Positions 31,295 through 41,178 of a DNA stretch of 64,000 nt are shown piece after piece (positions within the stretch are counted from its first letter, which is position 1; every line of letters starts with the position of its first letter). The notes under the pieces are model-generated. The model made no database searches, had not been told where the DNA came from, and was given only the letters and a program-made list of their open reading frames with translations. Source of the stretch: Bdellovibrionales bacterium (lineage in GTDB: Bacteria; Bdellovibrionota; Bdellovibrionia; Bdellovibrionales; UBA1609); the NCBI GenBank assembly GCA_965261545.1, contig CBDHDF010000004.1:32001-96000 (forward strand), given 5' to 3'. The position numbers and the translations under genes are program-made.

Positions 31295-33061
31295 ATGCTT
31301 CTTGAATTGAGAGTGAAAGACTTTGCCATTATTGACAGTATTCACATTTCCTTTGGAGTTGGTCTCAATATTCTCAGTGGAGAAACGGGAGCGGGAAAAT
31401 CTGTCATTTTGAAAAGCCTCTCCCTTTTAATGGGCATGAATCAAAAAAATCTGTCTAAGATCGTTAAGTCCACAGCTTCACGTGCGACGGTGGAGGGATC
31501 CTTCGATTTGGGGGCACGGAGGGATATTTTACAAAGGTTGGATGAAATGGGAGTGGACTGCCCTGACGAACACCTTGTTGTACGGCGCATCATTTCCATA
31601 CAGGGAAAAAACCGTGTCTATCTCAATGGGCACATCAGCCCCTTAGCCCACCTCAAAGATATTGTGGCTCCACTTATTGAGGTCACGGGGGCGCCTCTCA
31701 TTGAAATGACAGGTCAGCATGATAGTTTGCATTTGCAATTGCGAGCCTACCAGCTAGATACCCTGGATCAATACACAGGAGTTTGGCCCCTTCGCTGTCA
31801 GGTTGGAGAAAATTATCTTCAAATTAAAAGGCTCAACGAAAATTTGCAATCACTTAGGGAGCAGGCACTCAATCATACTCAACAATTGGACTTCTTAACC
31901 TACCAAAGGGATGAAATAAAAGCCATGAATCTTCAGAAGGGTGAAGAGGAGGAGTTGGAAATATCTGTGAGGCGCATGAAAAATTCTTCACGCTTTTTGG
32001 AATACTTTCAAGACTTTCAAGGTGTTCTTTACAACAATGAGGGTTCTGTTCTCAGTCAACTTCAAAGTCTTCTAGAACGAGGTCAACAACTTCAGGGTCA
32101 GGACCCCCAGTGCCAGGACCCTCAACTGGTCGCTCAATTCAAAGACCTTCACCAAGCCAAAACTCTTATTGAAGAGAGTGTTTACGAAATGCGTAACTAC
32201 GAGAAACAATGGACCCTCGACCCTGAGGCACTCAATGAGCACGAAGAGAGGCTGAGTCGGCTTCGCAGGCTCCAAAAGAAATATGGAAAAAGTGTTAAAG
32301 AAATCTTACAGAGTTTGGCAAGAATTGAAGGAGAGATATCAAGTATTGAAGACTCAGATGACAAAATTGACTTTTTAAATCAAGAGAGAGACCTGCTTAT
32401 TCAGGACACTCATAAACTTTGTGGGGAGCTTCATCAAAAGCGCATGTCGGGGGCTCTTCAGTTGAGTGCCAAGGTCAATAAAGAACTTCTGGATCTTAAC
32501 ATGAAAGGGATGACCTTTGATGTGAAGGTGGAGAAGTTGGATAAGTTGCAAGCTACGGGAACCACCCAAATTGAATTTGTCATTAGGTCCTCTCAAAAGG
32601 ACTCTTGGAAACCTATTGCAAAAATTGCCAGTGGAGGAGAGCTAAGTCGTATTCTCTTATCGTTCAAGCGTATTACAAGTGAGTCTCAGCAGTATCCAAG
32701 GACCTACCTTTTTGATGAGGTGGATTCAGGGGTGAGTGGCTTAACCGCCGAAAAAGTGGGGTGTAAGCTCAAAGCCATGGCTCAAGGGCAACAGGTTATT
32801 TGCGTCACCCATCTTGCCCAGGTGGCGGCCTTTGCCGACCATCACTACGTTATTGAAAAGAGGGCCACACCTATGGGGGTGCATATGACGATTCATCATC
32901 TTGAAGTCAAGGATCAGGTCAAAGAAATTGCAAGACTTATTTCAGGCGAGGAAATCACTCAAACAAGCCTAGATCATGCCAAGCAGCTATTGCGTTCTCA
33001 ATCTGTGTCTTCGCAACCTGTGCCTTTAGAGCCGGCGTCTTCGCAACCCGTGGATATCTAA
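31295..33061 (+). CDS. recN: DNA repair protein RecN
   Basis: LSGETGAGKS, GQHD, KIASGGELSRILL, FDEVDSGVSG, CVTHLAQVAA. Confidence 0.97.
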   Translation: MLLELRVKDFAIIDSIHISFGVGLNILSGETGAGKSVILKSLSLLMGMNQKNLSKIVKSTASRATVEGSFDLGARRDILQRLDEMGVDCPDEHLVVRRIISIQGKNRVYLNGHISPLAHLKDIVAPLIEVTGAPLIEMTGQHDSLHLQLRAYQLDTLDQYTGVWPLRCQVGENYLQIKRLNENLQSLREQALNHTQQLDFLTYQRDEIKAMNLQKGEEEELEISVRRMKNSSRFLEYFQDFQGVLYNNEGSVLSQLQSLLERGQQLQGQDPQCQDPQLVAQFKDLHQAKTLIEESVYEMRNYEKQWTLDPEALNEHEERLSRLRRLQKKYGKSVKEILQSLARIEGEISSIEDSDDKIDFLNQERDLLIQDTHKLCGELHQKRMSGALQLSAKVNKELLDLNMKGMTFDVKVEKLDKLQATGTTQIEFVIRSSQKDSWKPIAKIASGGELSRILLSFKRITSESQQYPRTYLFDEVDSGVSGLTAEKVGCKLKAMAQGQQVICVTHLAQVAAFADHHYVIEKRATPMGVHMTIHHLEVKDQVKEIARLISGEEITQTSLDHAKQLLRSQSVSSQPVPLEPASSQPVDI

Positions 33062-33308
33062 AGTCATTTGCGCTTATATGACTTACATTCCCATCTATTT
33101 GCACTCATGGCGACTGCGGTATAGTCATTTGCAATGGTGCTTGCACTTGTCTTTGGCAAGAGTTATCGTAACAGCCACTGGGCTTGTCGTCAAAGCGGAT
33201 ATCTCTAAGTGGCCACCTCAGTGAGATCGATCAGACCGATGAAGTGAAACGGATCAAGTGAGATCATCAATGAGACCGATTAAGTGAAGCCAGTTAAGTG
33301 GAGCCAAT

Positions 33309-33689
33309 GTGAATGAATTGATACCTATACTGATATTGACCCTATTTGTTATTGCCTTTGGTGGGGGGCTTTTGTACGTCTTTTCTCTTTTGGGTCCCAA
33401 AGTGAAGTCCACTGTCAAGGACTCCACCTACGAATGTGGTCTCGACGTTCAAACCACAGGGCACACACAAATTCCCGTTAAATTTTATTTAACGGCTATT
33501 TTATTTATCTTATTCGATATTGAGATTATCTTTATGTATCCATGGGCTGTGACTTATTTGGACTTTGTCGATAACGGAGCGGGCCTTTATATCTTGGGTG
33601 TCATGGGGGCTTTTTTATTCATTTTTATTTTTGGGTTGTTTTGGGAGATCAAATCCAGAGCTTTGGAGTGGGACTCAGATGGGCACTGA
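33309..33689 (+). CDS. nuoA: NADH-quinone oxidoreductase subunit A
   Basis: YECG, KFYLTAILFILFDIEIIFMYPWA. Confidence 0.95.
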   Translation: MNELIPILILTLFVIAFGGGLLYVFSLLGPKVKSTVKDSTYECGLDVQTTGHTQIPVKFYLTAILFILFDIEIIFMYPWAVTYLDFVDNGAGLYILGVMGAFLFIFIFGLFWEIKSRALEWDSDGH

Positions 33690-34824
33690 TGTATTTGAGA
33701 TTTCTGTCAATTTCCTCAAGATGGTGGCCATATTTCTTATGATGGTGCAACTTGTTCCCCTACTTGTGTGGGTGGAAAGGCGTGGATCGGCTTTGATTCA
33801 AAATCGCTTGGGTCCAAATAGGGTGGGACCCTTGGGGTTGACGCAACTTCTTGCCGATGCTGTGAAATTTATATTTAAAGAGGAGTTTATTCCTGGAGAT
33901 AGCAAAAAGTTTTTATTTTACGCCGCTCCTGTGGTTTCTCTCATTCCTGGGGCTCTGGCCTTTGGTTCCATTCCTCTGTCCCTTCCCATTTACATTCAGC
34001 CCTTTGAAATGTTGGGGCAAAGTTTTGGTCCCTACAGGTTTGCCTTTCAGAGTTTTGAAATAGGAATTGGGGTTGTCTTTGTTCTAGGGGTTTCCTCTCT
34101 TGCTGCTTACTCCCTTCTTCTCGCGGGCTGGGCTTCTTCCAATAAATATGCCATGCTTGGGGCCCTTAGGGCCTGTGCCCAAACCATAAGCTATGAGTTG
34201 GGCCTTGGGCTTTCCATTGTGGGTGTTCTCCTTCTTTACAATACCTTTGATTTTGCCGAAATGATTTCGGCTCAAACAGGGCCATTGAGTTTTATGTTTT
34301 TTGGTTCCTCTGTAGAGGTTCCCTTTCTCCCGAATTGGGGAATTTTCTATCAACCCATTGGTGCTTTTTTGTTCTTGGTGGCTGTTTTTGCCGAGACCAA
34401 TCGGGCCCCTTTTGACCTCCCTGAGGCTGAAGGAGAACTCGTGGCGGGGTTTCACACCGAGTACAGTGGGTTTAAAATGAATATGTTTTATATTGGAGAA
34501 TATGGACACATGATGGTGGCCTCAGCCCTGTTTGCCACCTTTTATCTAGGGGGATACTATATTCCCTTTGTGGCTCCAGAGATAATCCAAGGTTTTTTAA
34601 GTCAACATTTCAGTGACAATTTGACCTCCATCATCACGGCTTTTCTTTTCCATGGGGTCTTGCTCGTCAAGGTTCTTTTTCTTCTTTGGCTGTTTGTTTG
34701 GGTGAGGTGGACAGTGCCTCGATTTAGATATGACCAATTGATGTCTTTGGGGTGGAAGACATTGCTGCCCTGGGCTCTGGGCAATACCATAGTGACAGCT
34801 CTTGTCATTTATGCGATGAGGTAA
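33679..34824 (+). CDS. nuoH: NADH-quinone oxidoreductase subunit H
   Basis: ERR...IQNRLGPNRVGP, ADAVK, AQTISYE, AETNRAPFDLPEAEGELVAGFHTEYSG, PRFRYDQLM. Confidence 0.96.
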   Translation: MGTDVFEISVNFLKMVAIFLMMVQLVPLLVWVERRGSALIQNRLGPNRVGPLGLTQLLADAVKFIFKEEFIPGDSKKFLFYAAPVVSLIPGALAFGSIPLSLPIYIQPFEMLGQSFGPYRFAFQSFEIGIGVVFVLGVSSLAAYSLLLAGWASSNKYAMLGALRACAQTISYELGLGLSIVGVLLLYNTFDFAEMISAQTGPLSFMFFGSSVEVPFLPNWGIFYQPIGAFLFLVAVFAETNRAPFDLPEAEGELVAGFHTEYSGFKMNMFYIGEYGHMMVASALFATFYLGGYYIPFVAPEIIQGFLSQHFSDNLTSIITAFLFHGVLLVKVLFLLWLFVWVRWTVPRFRYDQLMSLGWKTLLPWALGNTIVTALVIYAMR

Positions 34825-34828
34825 TCAT

Positions 34829-35386
34829 ATGGATGCATTGAGTTTTTTGTTTTACATTATTGCCACAGTGATCGTGTTAAGCGCCCTCTCGGTGATACTT
34901 TCTAAAAATCCACTTCACTCCGCTTTATTTTTGGTCATCACCATGGTGTCTTTGGCCTTTATATTTTTCTTGCTCAAAGCACCTTTTCTTGCCGGAGTGC
35001 AGCTTGTTGTCTATGCGGGGGCCGTTATGGTCCTTTTTGTGATGGTGCTTATGTTGTTTGACCTCAAGCCAAGAGCAGGGGAAGAAAATAAGATTTTCAC
35101 AGGAAGTTCCTTTTCCAGGCTGCTTAAAGTTGTTGCTGTGGCTTGGTTGGGGGGCTTGATTCTTGGTGTTATTTACATGTCTATGGGGATGACTTCTTCC
35201 AATTCACCTGCTTTCACATTGGCATTGGAGGAAGATATTGGCAACAGTAGTGTCAAGGCTCTTGGGCGAACCCTCTTCACAGAGTATGTTTTTGCTTTTG
35301 AAGCTTTGGGCTTGTTGCTTCTTTTCATTGCCATTGGAGTTGTGGCCATGGCTCGCATGAAAGGGGGAACCCATGCCAAATCTTGA
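34829..35386 (+). CDS. nuoJ: NADH-quinone oxidoreductase subunit J
   Basis: [32 protein letters not shown]. Confidence 0.94.
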   Translation: MDALSFLFYIIATVIVLSALSVILSKNPLHSALFLVITMVSLAFIFFLLKAPFLAGVQLVVYAGAVMVLFVMVLMLFDLKPRAGEENKIFTGSSFSRLLKVVAVAWLGGLILGVIYMSMGMTSSNSPAFTLALEEDIGNSSVKALGRTLFTEYVFAFEALGLLLLFIAIGVVAMARMKGGTHAKS

Positions 35387-35729
35387 TATGCTTTTCCATG
35401 AGTCCACATGGCACACTTTATTTTTTGGCATTGGGTTGAACCACTATCTTGTGCTCTCGGCGATTTTATTTGCCATTGGCACCATGGGTGTTCTTGTACG
35501 CAAAAATGTGCTTGTCATTATGATGAGCATTGAGTTGATGCTCAATGCTGCCAACATCTCTTTTGTTGCTTTCAGTCATTTTTCTGGAAATATCAATGGT
35601 CAGGTCATGGTCTTTTTTATAATGACTGTGGCAGCTGCTGAGGCTGGTGTTGGCTTGGCCTTGGCTGTGGCTATTTTTAAACGATTTAAAGAAGTCAATA
35701 TAGACCTTTTTGAACAGCTAAAGGGCTAA
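35373..35729 (+). CDS. nuoK: NADH-quinone oxidoreductase subunit K
   Basis: [22 protein letters not shown]. Confidence 0.95.
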   Translation: MPNLDMLFHESTWHTLFFGIGLNHYLVLSAILFAIGTMGVLVRKNVLVIMMSIELMLNAANISFVAFSHFSGNINGQVMVFFIMTVAAAEAGVGLALAVAIFKRFKEVNIDLFEQLKG

Positions 35730-35790
35730 TAAAGGCTAATAAATAATAAAGGCTATATAGCTATATAAAGGTTATAAGGGGCTAAATTTT

Positions 35791-37740
35791 ATGTCTTCAG
35801 AGATGCTTTCTCACATTTTAGTTTCCCTTTTACTTTTTGCCCCTTTGTTGGGTTTTCTGGTCAATGGCTGTCGCTACAAAAGTCAAAATGGGCTCTTGGC
35901 AGGAGTTATTGCTTCGGGGGCTGTGGTTATTTCACTGTTGGCCTCCCTAGGGCTTTGGTTTCAACTCCTGGGAATGCCTGAAGGTCGTGGGCGTCGTATT
36001 GCAGTTCATTTTTTTGATTGGATAAGTGTGGGGGATTTTCAAGCCAAGGCTTCGTTTCTTGTAGACCCCCTCAGTCTTGTGATGCTTCTTGTGATTACGG
36101 GGGTGGGGCTTCTCATTCATATTTTTAGCATTGGTTATATGTCTGAAGATGATCGGCCGGCCAAGTATTTTGCCTATCTCAATTTATTTCTTTTTAATAT
36201 GCTGGTTCTCGTTTTGGGAGACAACCTTCTCGTTATGTTTGTGGGTTGGGAGGGAGTGGGACTTTGCTCCTATCTTCTCATTGGATTTTGGTTCACAGAT
36301 TCCCAAAAGGCAAATGCGGGGATGAAGGCTTTTATCACCAATAGAATTGGGGATGCGGGTTTTCTTTTAGGTATTTTCACCCTATTTATGGCATTGGGAA
36401 CCATTGAGTTTACGGAACTTTTGTCTTCTGCCTCATCTGGGGTTCCCGAAAATGGCTGGGGGGGACCTCTCACATGGGCTTGCCTGTTTCTATTTATTGG
36501 AGCCACAGGTAAATCCGCACAGATTCCCCTTTATGTCTGGCTCCCCGATGCCATGGCTGGGCCGACGCCCGTATCGGCTCTTATCCACGCTGCCACCATG
36601 GTCACTGCTGGAGTTTATATGATTGTTCGCTTGGACGCTGTGTTTCTCATGGCTCCCCAGCTCATGGCTGTCATTGCTGTCATAGGAGGTCTTACGGCTT
36701 TGATGGCGGCCTCCATAGGGATGACTCAATGGGATATCAAGAAAGTTCTTGCTTATTCCACGGTTTCTCAGTTGGGTTATATGTTTCTTGCTGTGGGAGT
36801 GGGGGCTTTTATGCCAGCTCTCTTTCACCTGATGACCCACGCTTTTTTTAAAGCCCTGATGTTTTTAGGTTCTGGAAGTGTCATTCATGCCATGAATGGA
36901 GAGCAAGACATAAGAAAAATGGGGGGGCTTAAGAAAATCATGCCCATCACTCACATCACCTTTCTCATCGGCTGGTTGGCCATCATTGGTATTCCTCCCC
37001 TCGCGGGCTTTTTTAGTAAGGATGAAATTCTTTGGTACTCTTTTGTAAGCCCTCTGGGAAGTCCCTTTTTATGGTTGATAGGTGTGGTGGGGGCTGGTAT
37101 GACAGCCTTTTATATGACTCGCCTCATGGCCCTCACTTTTTGGGGTGAAAGTCGGGTGCCTAAGGAGATTCATCCCCATGAATCGCCTCGGGTGATGACC
37201 GTTCCTTTGATATTTCTTGCTTTTTTATCCATTGTTGGTGGTTGGTTGGGAATTCCCCATGTGATTTCAGCTGTTCTTCCGGGGCATCCGTCCCATATTT
37301 TAGAGCACTGGTTGGCCCCCCTTGTAAGCACTGTGGATCTTGGAACTCCTTCAGTGACTTTGGAGTGGATACTCATAGGTTTTTCTGTTCTTTTAGCCAT
37401 AGCTTGTGGAGCCTTTGCCTACCATCTTTATATTGATAACCCTGATCAACCCAAGAGGTTGGTTCAAAAGATTCATCCACTTTACAGGCTCGTTCACAAT
37501 AAATACTTTGTGGATGAAATTTATATGGGAAAAATCGTGAGCCCCCTTGTGGATATCAGCAAAGGTCTTTGGTTTTATATTGATGTGAACCTTATTGATA
37601 GGGTTACATATGTGTTGACAGATTTTATGAAGAACTGTGGTGGCGGTTTACGTCTGTTACAAAATGGAAATATGCAACAGTACGCTTTCTATATTGTCTT
37701 GGGTCTTATTGGTATGATGACCATTATCTTTGTGGGGTGA
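35791..37740 (+). CDS. nuoL: NADH-quinone oxidoreductase subunit L
   Basis: GWEGVGLCSYLLIGFW, GKSAQIPLYVWLPDAMAGPTPVSALIHAATMV, HAFFKALMFL. Confidence 0.96.
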   Translation: MSSEMLSHILVSLLLFAPLLGFLVNGCRYKSQNGLLAGVIASGAVVISLLASLGLWFQLLGMPEGRGRRIAVHFFDWISVGDFQAKASFLVDPLSLVMLLVITGVGLLIHIFSIGYMSEDDRPAKYFAYLNLFLFNMLVLVLGDNLLVMFVGWEGVGLCSYLLIGFWFTDSQKANAGMKAFITNRIGDAGFLLGIFTLFMALGTIEFTELLSSASSGVPENGWGGPLTWACLFLFIGATGKSAQIPLYVWLPDAMAGPTPVSALIHAATMVTAGVYMIVRLDAVFLMAPQLMAVIAVIGGLTALMAASIGMTQWDIKKVLAYSTVSQLGYMFLAVGVGAFMPALFHLMTHAFFKALMFLGSGSVIHAMNGEQDIRKMGGLKKIMPITHITFLIGWLAIIGIPPLAGFFSKDEILWYSFVSPLGSPFLWLIGVVGAGMTAFYMTRLMALTFWGESRVPKEIHPHESPRVMTVPLIFLAFLSIVGGWLGIPHVISAVLPGHPSHILEHWLAPLVSTVDLGTPSVTLEWILIGFSVLLAIACGAFAYHLYIDNPDQPKRLVQKIHPLYRLVHNKYFVDEIYMGKIVSPLVDISKGLWFYIDVNLIDRVTYVLTDFMKNCGGGLRLLQNGNMQQYAFYIVLGLIGMMTIIFVG

Positions 37741-37832
37741 GTGAATCATGTGTGGAGTCAGCGAGCCGTTTTGTGGAGTTAATGAACTATTTTATTTGGG
37801 GTAAATAAACTGTTTTGTGGAGTTTGTGAATC

Positions 37833-39368
37833 ATGTTGTTATCTTTGATTATTTTCTTACCATCTTTGTTTGCTCTCTTTATTTGGCTTTTTCCCCAAGA
37901 AAAAGAGAAGTGGATTCGCCCCACGGCTTTGACCTTTGCCCTCGTAGAATTTCTCTTAAGTCTTGTGATTTTAAATCGCTTTCACCCCAGCCACCCCGGC
38001 TTGCAGCTGACCGAGCGTATGCCTTGGGTGGACTCTTTCGGTATCAGTTATTTCGTAGGTATTGACGGGATTTCTCTGTGGCTTGTGCTTCTTACCACTT
38101 TTCTCACCCCTCTTACTATTGCAGGGAGTTGGACATCTGTGGTGGAAAAAGTGCGGGGTTTTCACATATGTCTTTTTCTCTTACAAACCACGGTTTTGGG
38201 CACTTTTCTCGCTATGGATGCCATTTTATTTTACGTCTTTTTTGAAGCCTCCCTTGTGCCCATGTATTTCATTATTGGTATATGGGGGGGGGCAAGGCGT
38301 ATTTATGCCACAATTAAGTTTTTTATTTTCACTATGGCGGGTTCTGTTTTCTTACTCCTAGGGATTATTGCTTTGATGCTTATGACCCAGACCCTTCCTG
38401 GAGGAGGAATGAGTGCCAGTTTGTTGGATTTTTATAAACTCGATATTCCCTTTGTGGGGAATCAGTTTTTAAGTCTTCAAACACTTCTCTTTTTTGCAGT
38501 GTCCCTGGCTTTTGTCATCAAGGTGCCCATGTTTCCTTTTCACACATGGCTTCCCGATGCCCATGTGGAAGCTCCCACTCCAGGTTCTGTCATTCTTGCC
38601 GGTGTCCTGCTAAAACTTGGAACCTATGGTCTTTTAAGGTTTTCTATCCCCTTGTTCCCCCAAGCGACGGAGTACTTCGGGTGGATTTTTCTCCTTATGG
38701 CTGTTTTTGGCATTGTCTATGGGGCCTTGGTCGCCATGGTTCAACCTGATATGAAAAAACTTGTGGCTTACTCATCTGTTTCCCATATGGGCTATGTGGT
38801 TTTAGGGCTTTTTGTTCTCAATGAGTACAGTGTCACAGGAGGTATTTATCAGATGCTCAATCATGGGGTGAGTACAGGGGCCCTTTTCCTACTTGTTGGT
38901 ATGATTTACGAAAGAACTCACTCCCGTGAAATATCAAGGTACGGTGGTTTGGCCAAAGAGGCTCCTTTGTTTACCATTCTTTTTGTCATTGTCACCATGT
39001 CAAGTATTGCGGTTCCCCTTACCAATGGTTTTGTGGGTGAGTATCTCATTTTAATGGGAAGCTATATGGCTCACAAGCCCTATGGGATGATAGCTGTTCT
39101 TGGGGTTGTTTTGGGGGCCTCCTACATGTTGTGGATGGTAAAACGGGTTTTCTTTGGGGCCCCTGGGGAGCTTGTCCAAAAACATCGTGGACATTTAGAT
39201 ATTACGAAGAGGGAAATGGCCGTGATGGTTCCTCTGGTTGTTCTTATCTTTTGGATGGGCCTTTTTCCCAACCATTTTTTAGATTGGTCCAAGGCGAGCA
39301 TTTATCATATGGTGAAAAATAAAAATTCTTACGAACTATCTATTTATAACCCTATAAGAAAAAACTAG
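37833..39368 (+). CDS. nuoM: NADH-quinone oxidoreductase subunit M
   Basis: GIDGIS, KVPMFPFHTWLPDAHVEAPT, DMKKLVAYSSVSHMG. Confidence 0.96.
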   Translation: MLLSLIIFLPSLFALFIWLFPQEKEKWIRPTALTFALVEFLLSLVILNRFHPSHPGLQLTERMPWVDSFGISYFVGIDGISLWLVLLTTFLTPLTIAGSWTSVVEKVRGFHICLFLLQTTVLGTFLAMDAILFYVFFEASLVPMYFIIGIWGGARRIYATIKFFIFTMAGSVFLLLGIIALMLMTQTLPGGGMSASLLDFYKLDIPFVGNQFLSLQTLLFFAVSLAFVIKVPMFPFHTWLPDAHVEAPTPGSVILAGVLLKLGTYGLLRFSIPLFPQATEYFGWIFLLMAVFGIVYGALVAMVQPDMKKLVAYSSVSHMGYVVLGLFVLNEYSVTGGIYQMLNHGVSTGALFLLVGMIYERTHSREISRYGGLAKEAPLFTILFVIVTMSSIAVPLTNGFVGEYLILMGSYMAHKPYGMIAVLGVVLGASYMLWMVKRVFFGAPGELVQKHRGHLDITKREMAVMVPLVVLIFWMGLFPNHFLDWSKASIYHMVKNKNSYELSIYNPIRKN

Positions 39369-39379
39369 GATACTCATTC

Positions 39380-40894
39380 ATGGACATTGCACTGAATGCC
39401 ATTGATTTATTTTTAGTGGCCCCCCTTATTTGCTTATTTTTAGGGAGTCTTATTCCCATAACGGTGAAGGTCCTCCGGGGAAACAAAGAAATGGCTCCTT
39501 TTCCAACGATTATTTATGGATTTATTGGGATTGTCTTGGCCACAGGTTTTCTCATTGCAGCTCAGTCGGTCAATACACTGGCTTTTTCAGGGGCTCTTGT
39601 CTACGATGGAATCACCATTTTTACAAGCCTTGTGGTCTTACTCATTACCGCCGTGACCCTCCTTTATTCCGGAGAAAATTCTGCCATTTGCAAGGAACAA
39701 TTTTCTGAATATGTCTTTCTCCTTCTTGGTTCCGCTATAGGAATGCTTATTGTGGTGGCTTCCAACGACCTTATCGTCACATTTATTGGTATTGAAATCA
39801 TGTCCCTTTGTCTTTATATGCTTATTGCCCTAGGTCGTGATCCCATTTTATCCAAGGAAGCGGCTTTGAAGTATTTTATTTTAGGAAGTTTTGCTTCAGC
39901 TATTTTCTTATATGGCATTGCTTTGGTTTACGGAAGTGTGGGTAGCACCTACCTTGGAGATATCGCCAAGGTGGCCTCCCTGTTGATGTCCTCCCACCGG
40001 ATTTTTGTTTTTGGAGCGGTGATGGTGATTCTGGGATTTGGCTTTAAGTTAGCTTTGGTTCCCTTTCATTCATGGGCCCCTGATGTCTACCAAGGCTCTC
40101 CCACGCCTTTGACAGGATTTATGGCCACAGGAGTAAAAATTGTTGTTTTTATGGCTTTTTTGCGTTGGCTTCTTACAGATATTCTTGTGGGGGATCGTTC
40201 TGTCATTCTTTTAAATGTCCTGGAATGGAGTGCTGTGCTGACCATGGTTGTGGGAAATGTAGCTGCTATTATGCAAGATAGCCTTAAAAGGATGCTTGCT
40301 TATTCGGGTATAGCCCACTCTGGTTATGCCATGATGGGGCTTCTTGCAGCAGCCGTGGGCTCTGTTGAAGGAGGGATCTTTGGAGCTTCGGGGCTTTTGT
40401 TTTACGTTTTTTCTTACACTATTATGACCCTGGGGGCTTTTGGGGTCGTAAGTCTCCTTGAAGTCCGTGAGAATAAGGTTTTTAGTATAGAAAATGACTT
40501 GAAAGGGCTTGGGAAAAATCGTCCTTGGTTGGCCTTAGGGATCACCCTGTTCATGCTAAGTCTTGCAGGGATACCGCCCACCCTTGGTTTTTTTGGTAAA
40601 TTCTTTCTTTTTTCTGCGGCTCTTAAGCAAGGCTTTTTCTGGCTTGTCATCTGGGGGGTTATAAGCTCTGTCATCAGTGTTTATTACTACCTAAGACCTG
40701 TTGTCTTTATGTATATGGTGAGGGAAACAGAAGAAAGGGATGTTAGAAAAAATGAACAAGCACCAGATTCTTCCAATGAAAAATTGATGACGCAAACATG
40801 TATTTGCTTGTCAGCTGTATTTGTGGTTGTGGCAGGTATGACTCTTGACCCTATCTATAAATATATTCAAGAGATTGTTTCAAGAATGTTCTAA
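39380..40894 (+). CDS. nuoN: NADH-quinone oxidoreductase subunit N
   Basis: EAALKYFILG, FKLALVPFHSWAPDVYQGSP, KRMLAYSGIAH, SLAGIPP. Confidence 0.96.
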   Translation: MDIALNAIDLFLVAPLICLFLGSLIPITVKVLRGNKEMAPFPTIIYGFIGIVLATGFLIAAQSVNTLAFSGALVYDGITIFTSLVVLLITAVTLLYSGENSAICKEQFSEYVFLLLGSAIGMLIVVASNDLIVTFIGIEIMSLCLYMLIALGRDPILSKEAALKYFILGSFASAIFLYGIALVYGSVGSTYLGDIAKVASLLMSSHRIFVFGAVMVILGFGFKLALVPFHSWAPDVYQGSPTPLTGFMATGVKIVVFMAFLRWLLTDILVGDRSVILLNVLEWSAVLTMVVGNVAAIMQDSLKRMLAYSGIAHSGYAMMGLLAAAVGSVEGGIFGASGLLFYVFSYTIMTLGAFGVVSLLEVRENKVFSIENDLKGLGKNRPWLALGITLFMLSLAGIPPTLGFFGKFFLFSAALKQGFFWLVIWGVISSVISVYYYLRPVVFMYMVRETEERDVRKNEQAPDSSNEKLMTQTCICLSAVFVVVAGMTLDPIYKYIQEIVSRMF

Positions 40895-41178
40895 CCTGGC
40901 GAAGTCAGAATTAAGAAATCAAGAATGAAGTCTTACACTCTAAGTCCAGTTGAAAAATAAAAAACTTCCATGAATAAAGCCCCCATGAAGATCATGTATG
41001 ACATGAGAACATGATCCTTTGAAGTAAGGCACTTTTTAATGTATTGAAATAACGTATTGAAAAAACTTATATCTTTTATCTCTTCTTTTTACTAAAGAAC
41101 CCGACCATTTATCGCCGAGTAAGTATTAACATTGACCAATATGAGAGAACTTCTTGAAGAGGTGGAGAGGATATATAG

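Noticed and set aside
41093..41122. Sigma28-like promoter (TAAAG...GCCGAGTA) upstream of lon
   Set aside because: Spacer is longer than the canonical 15 bp and the -10 match is imperfect.
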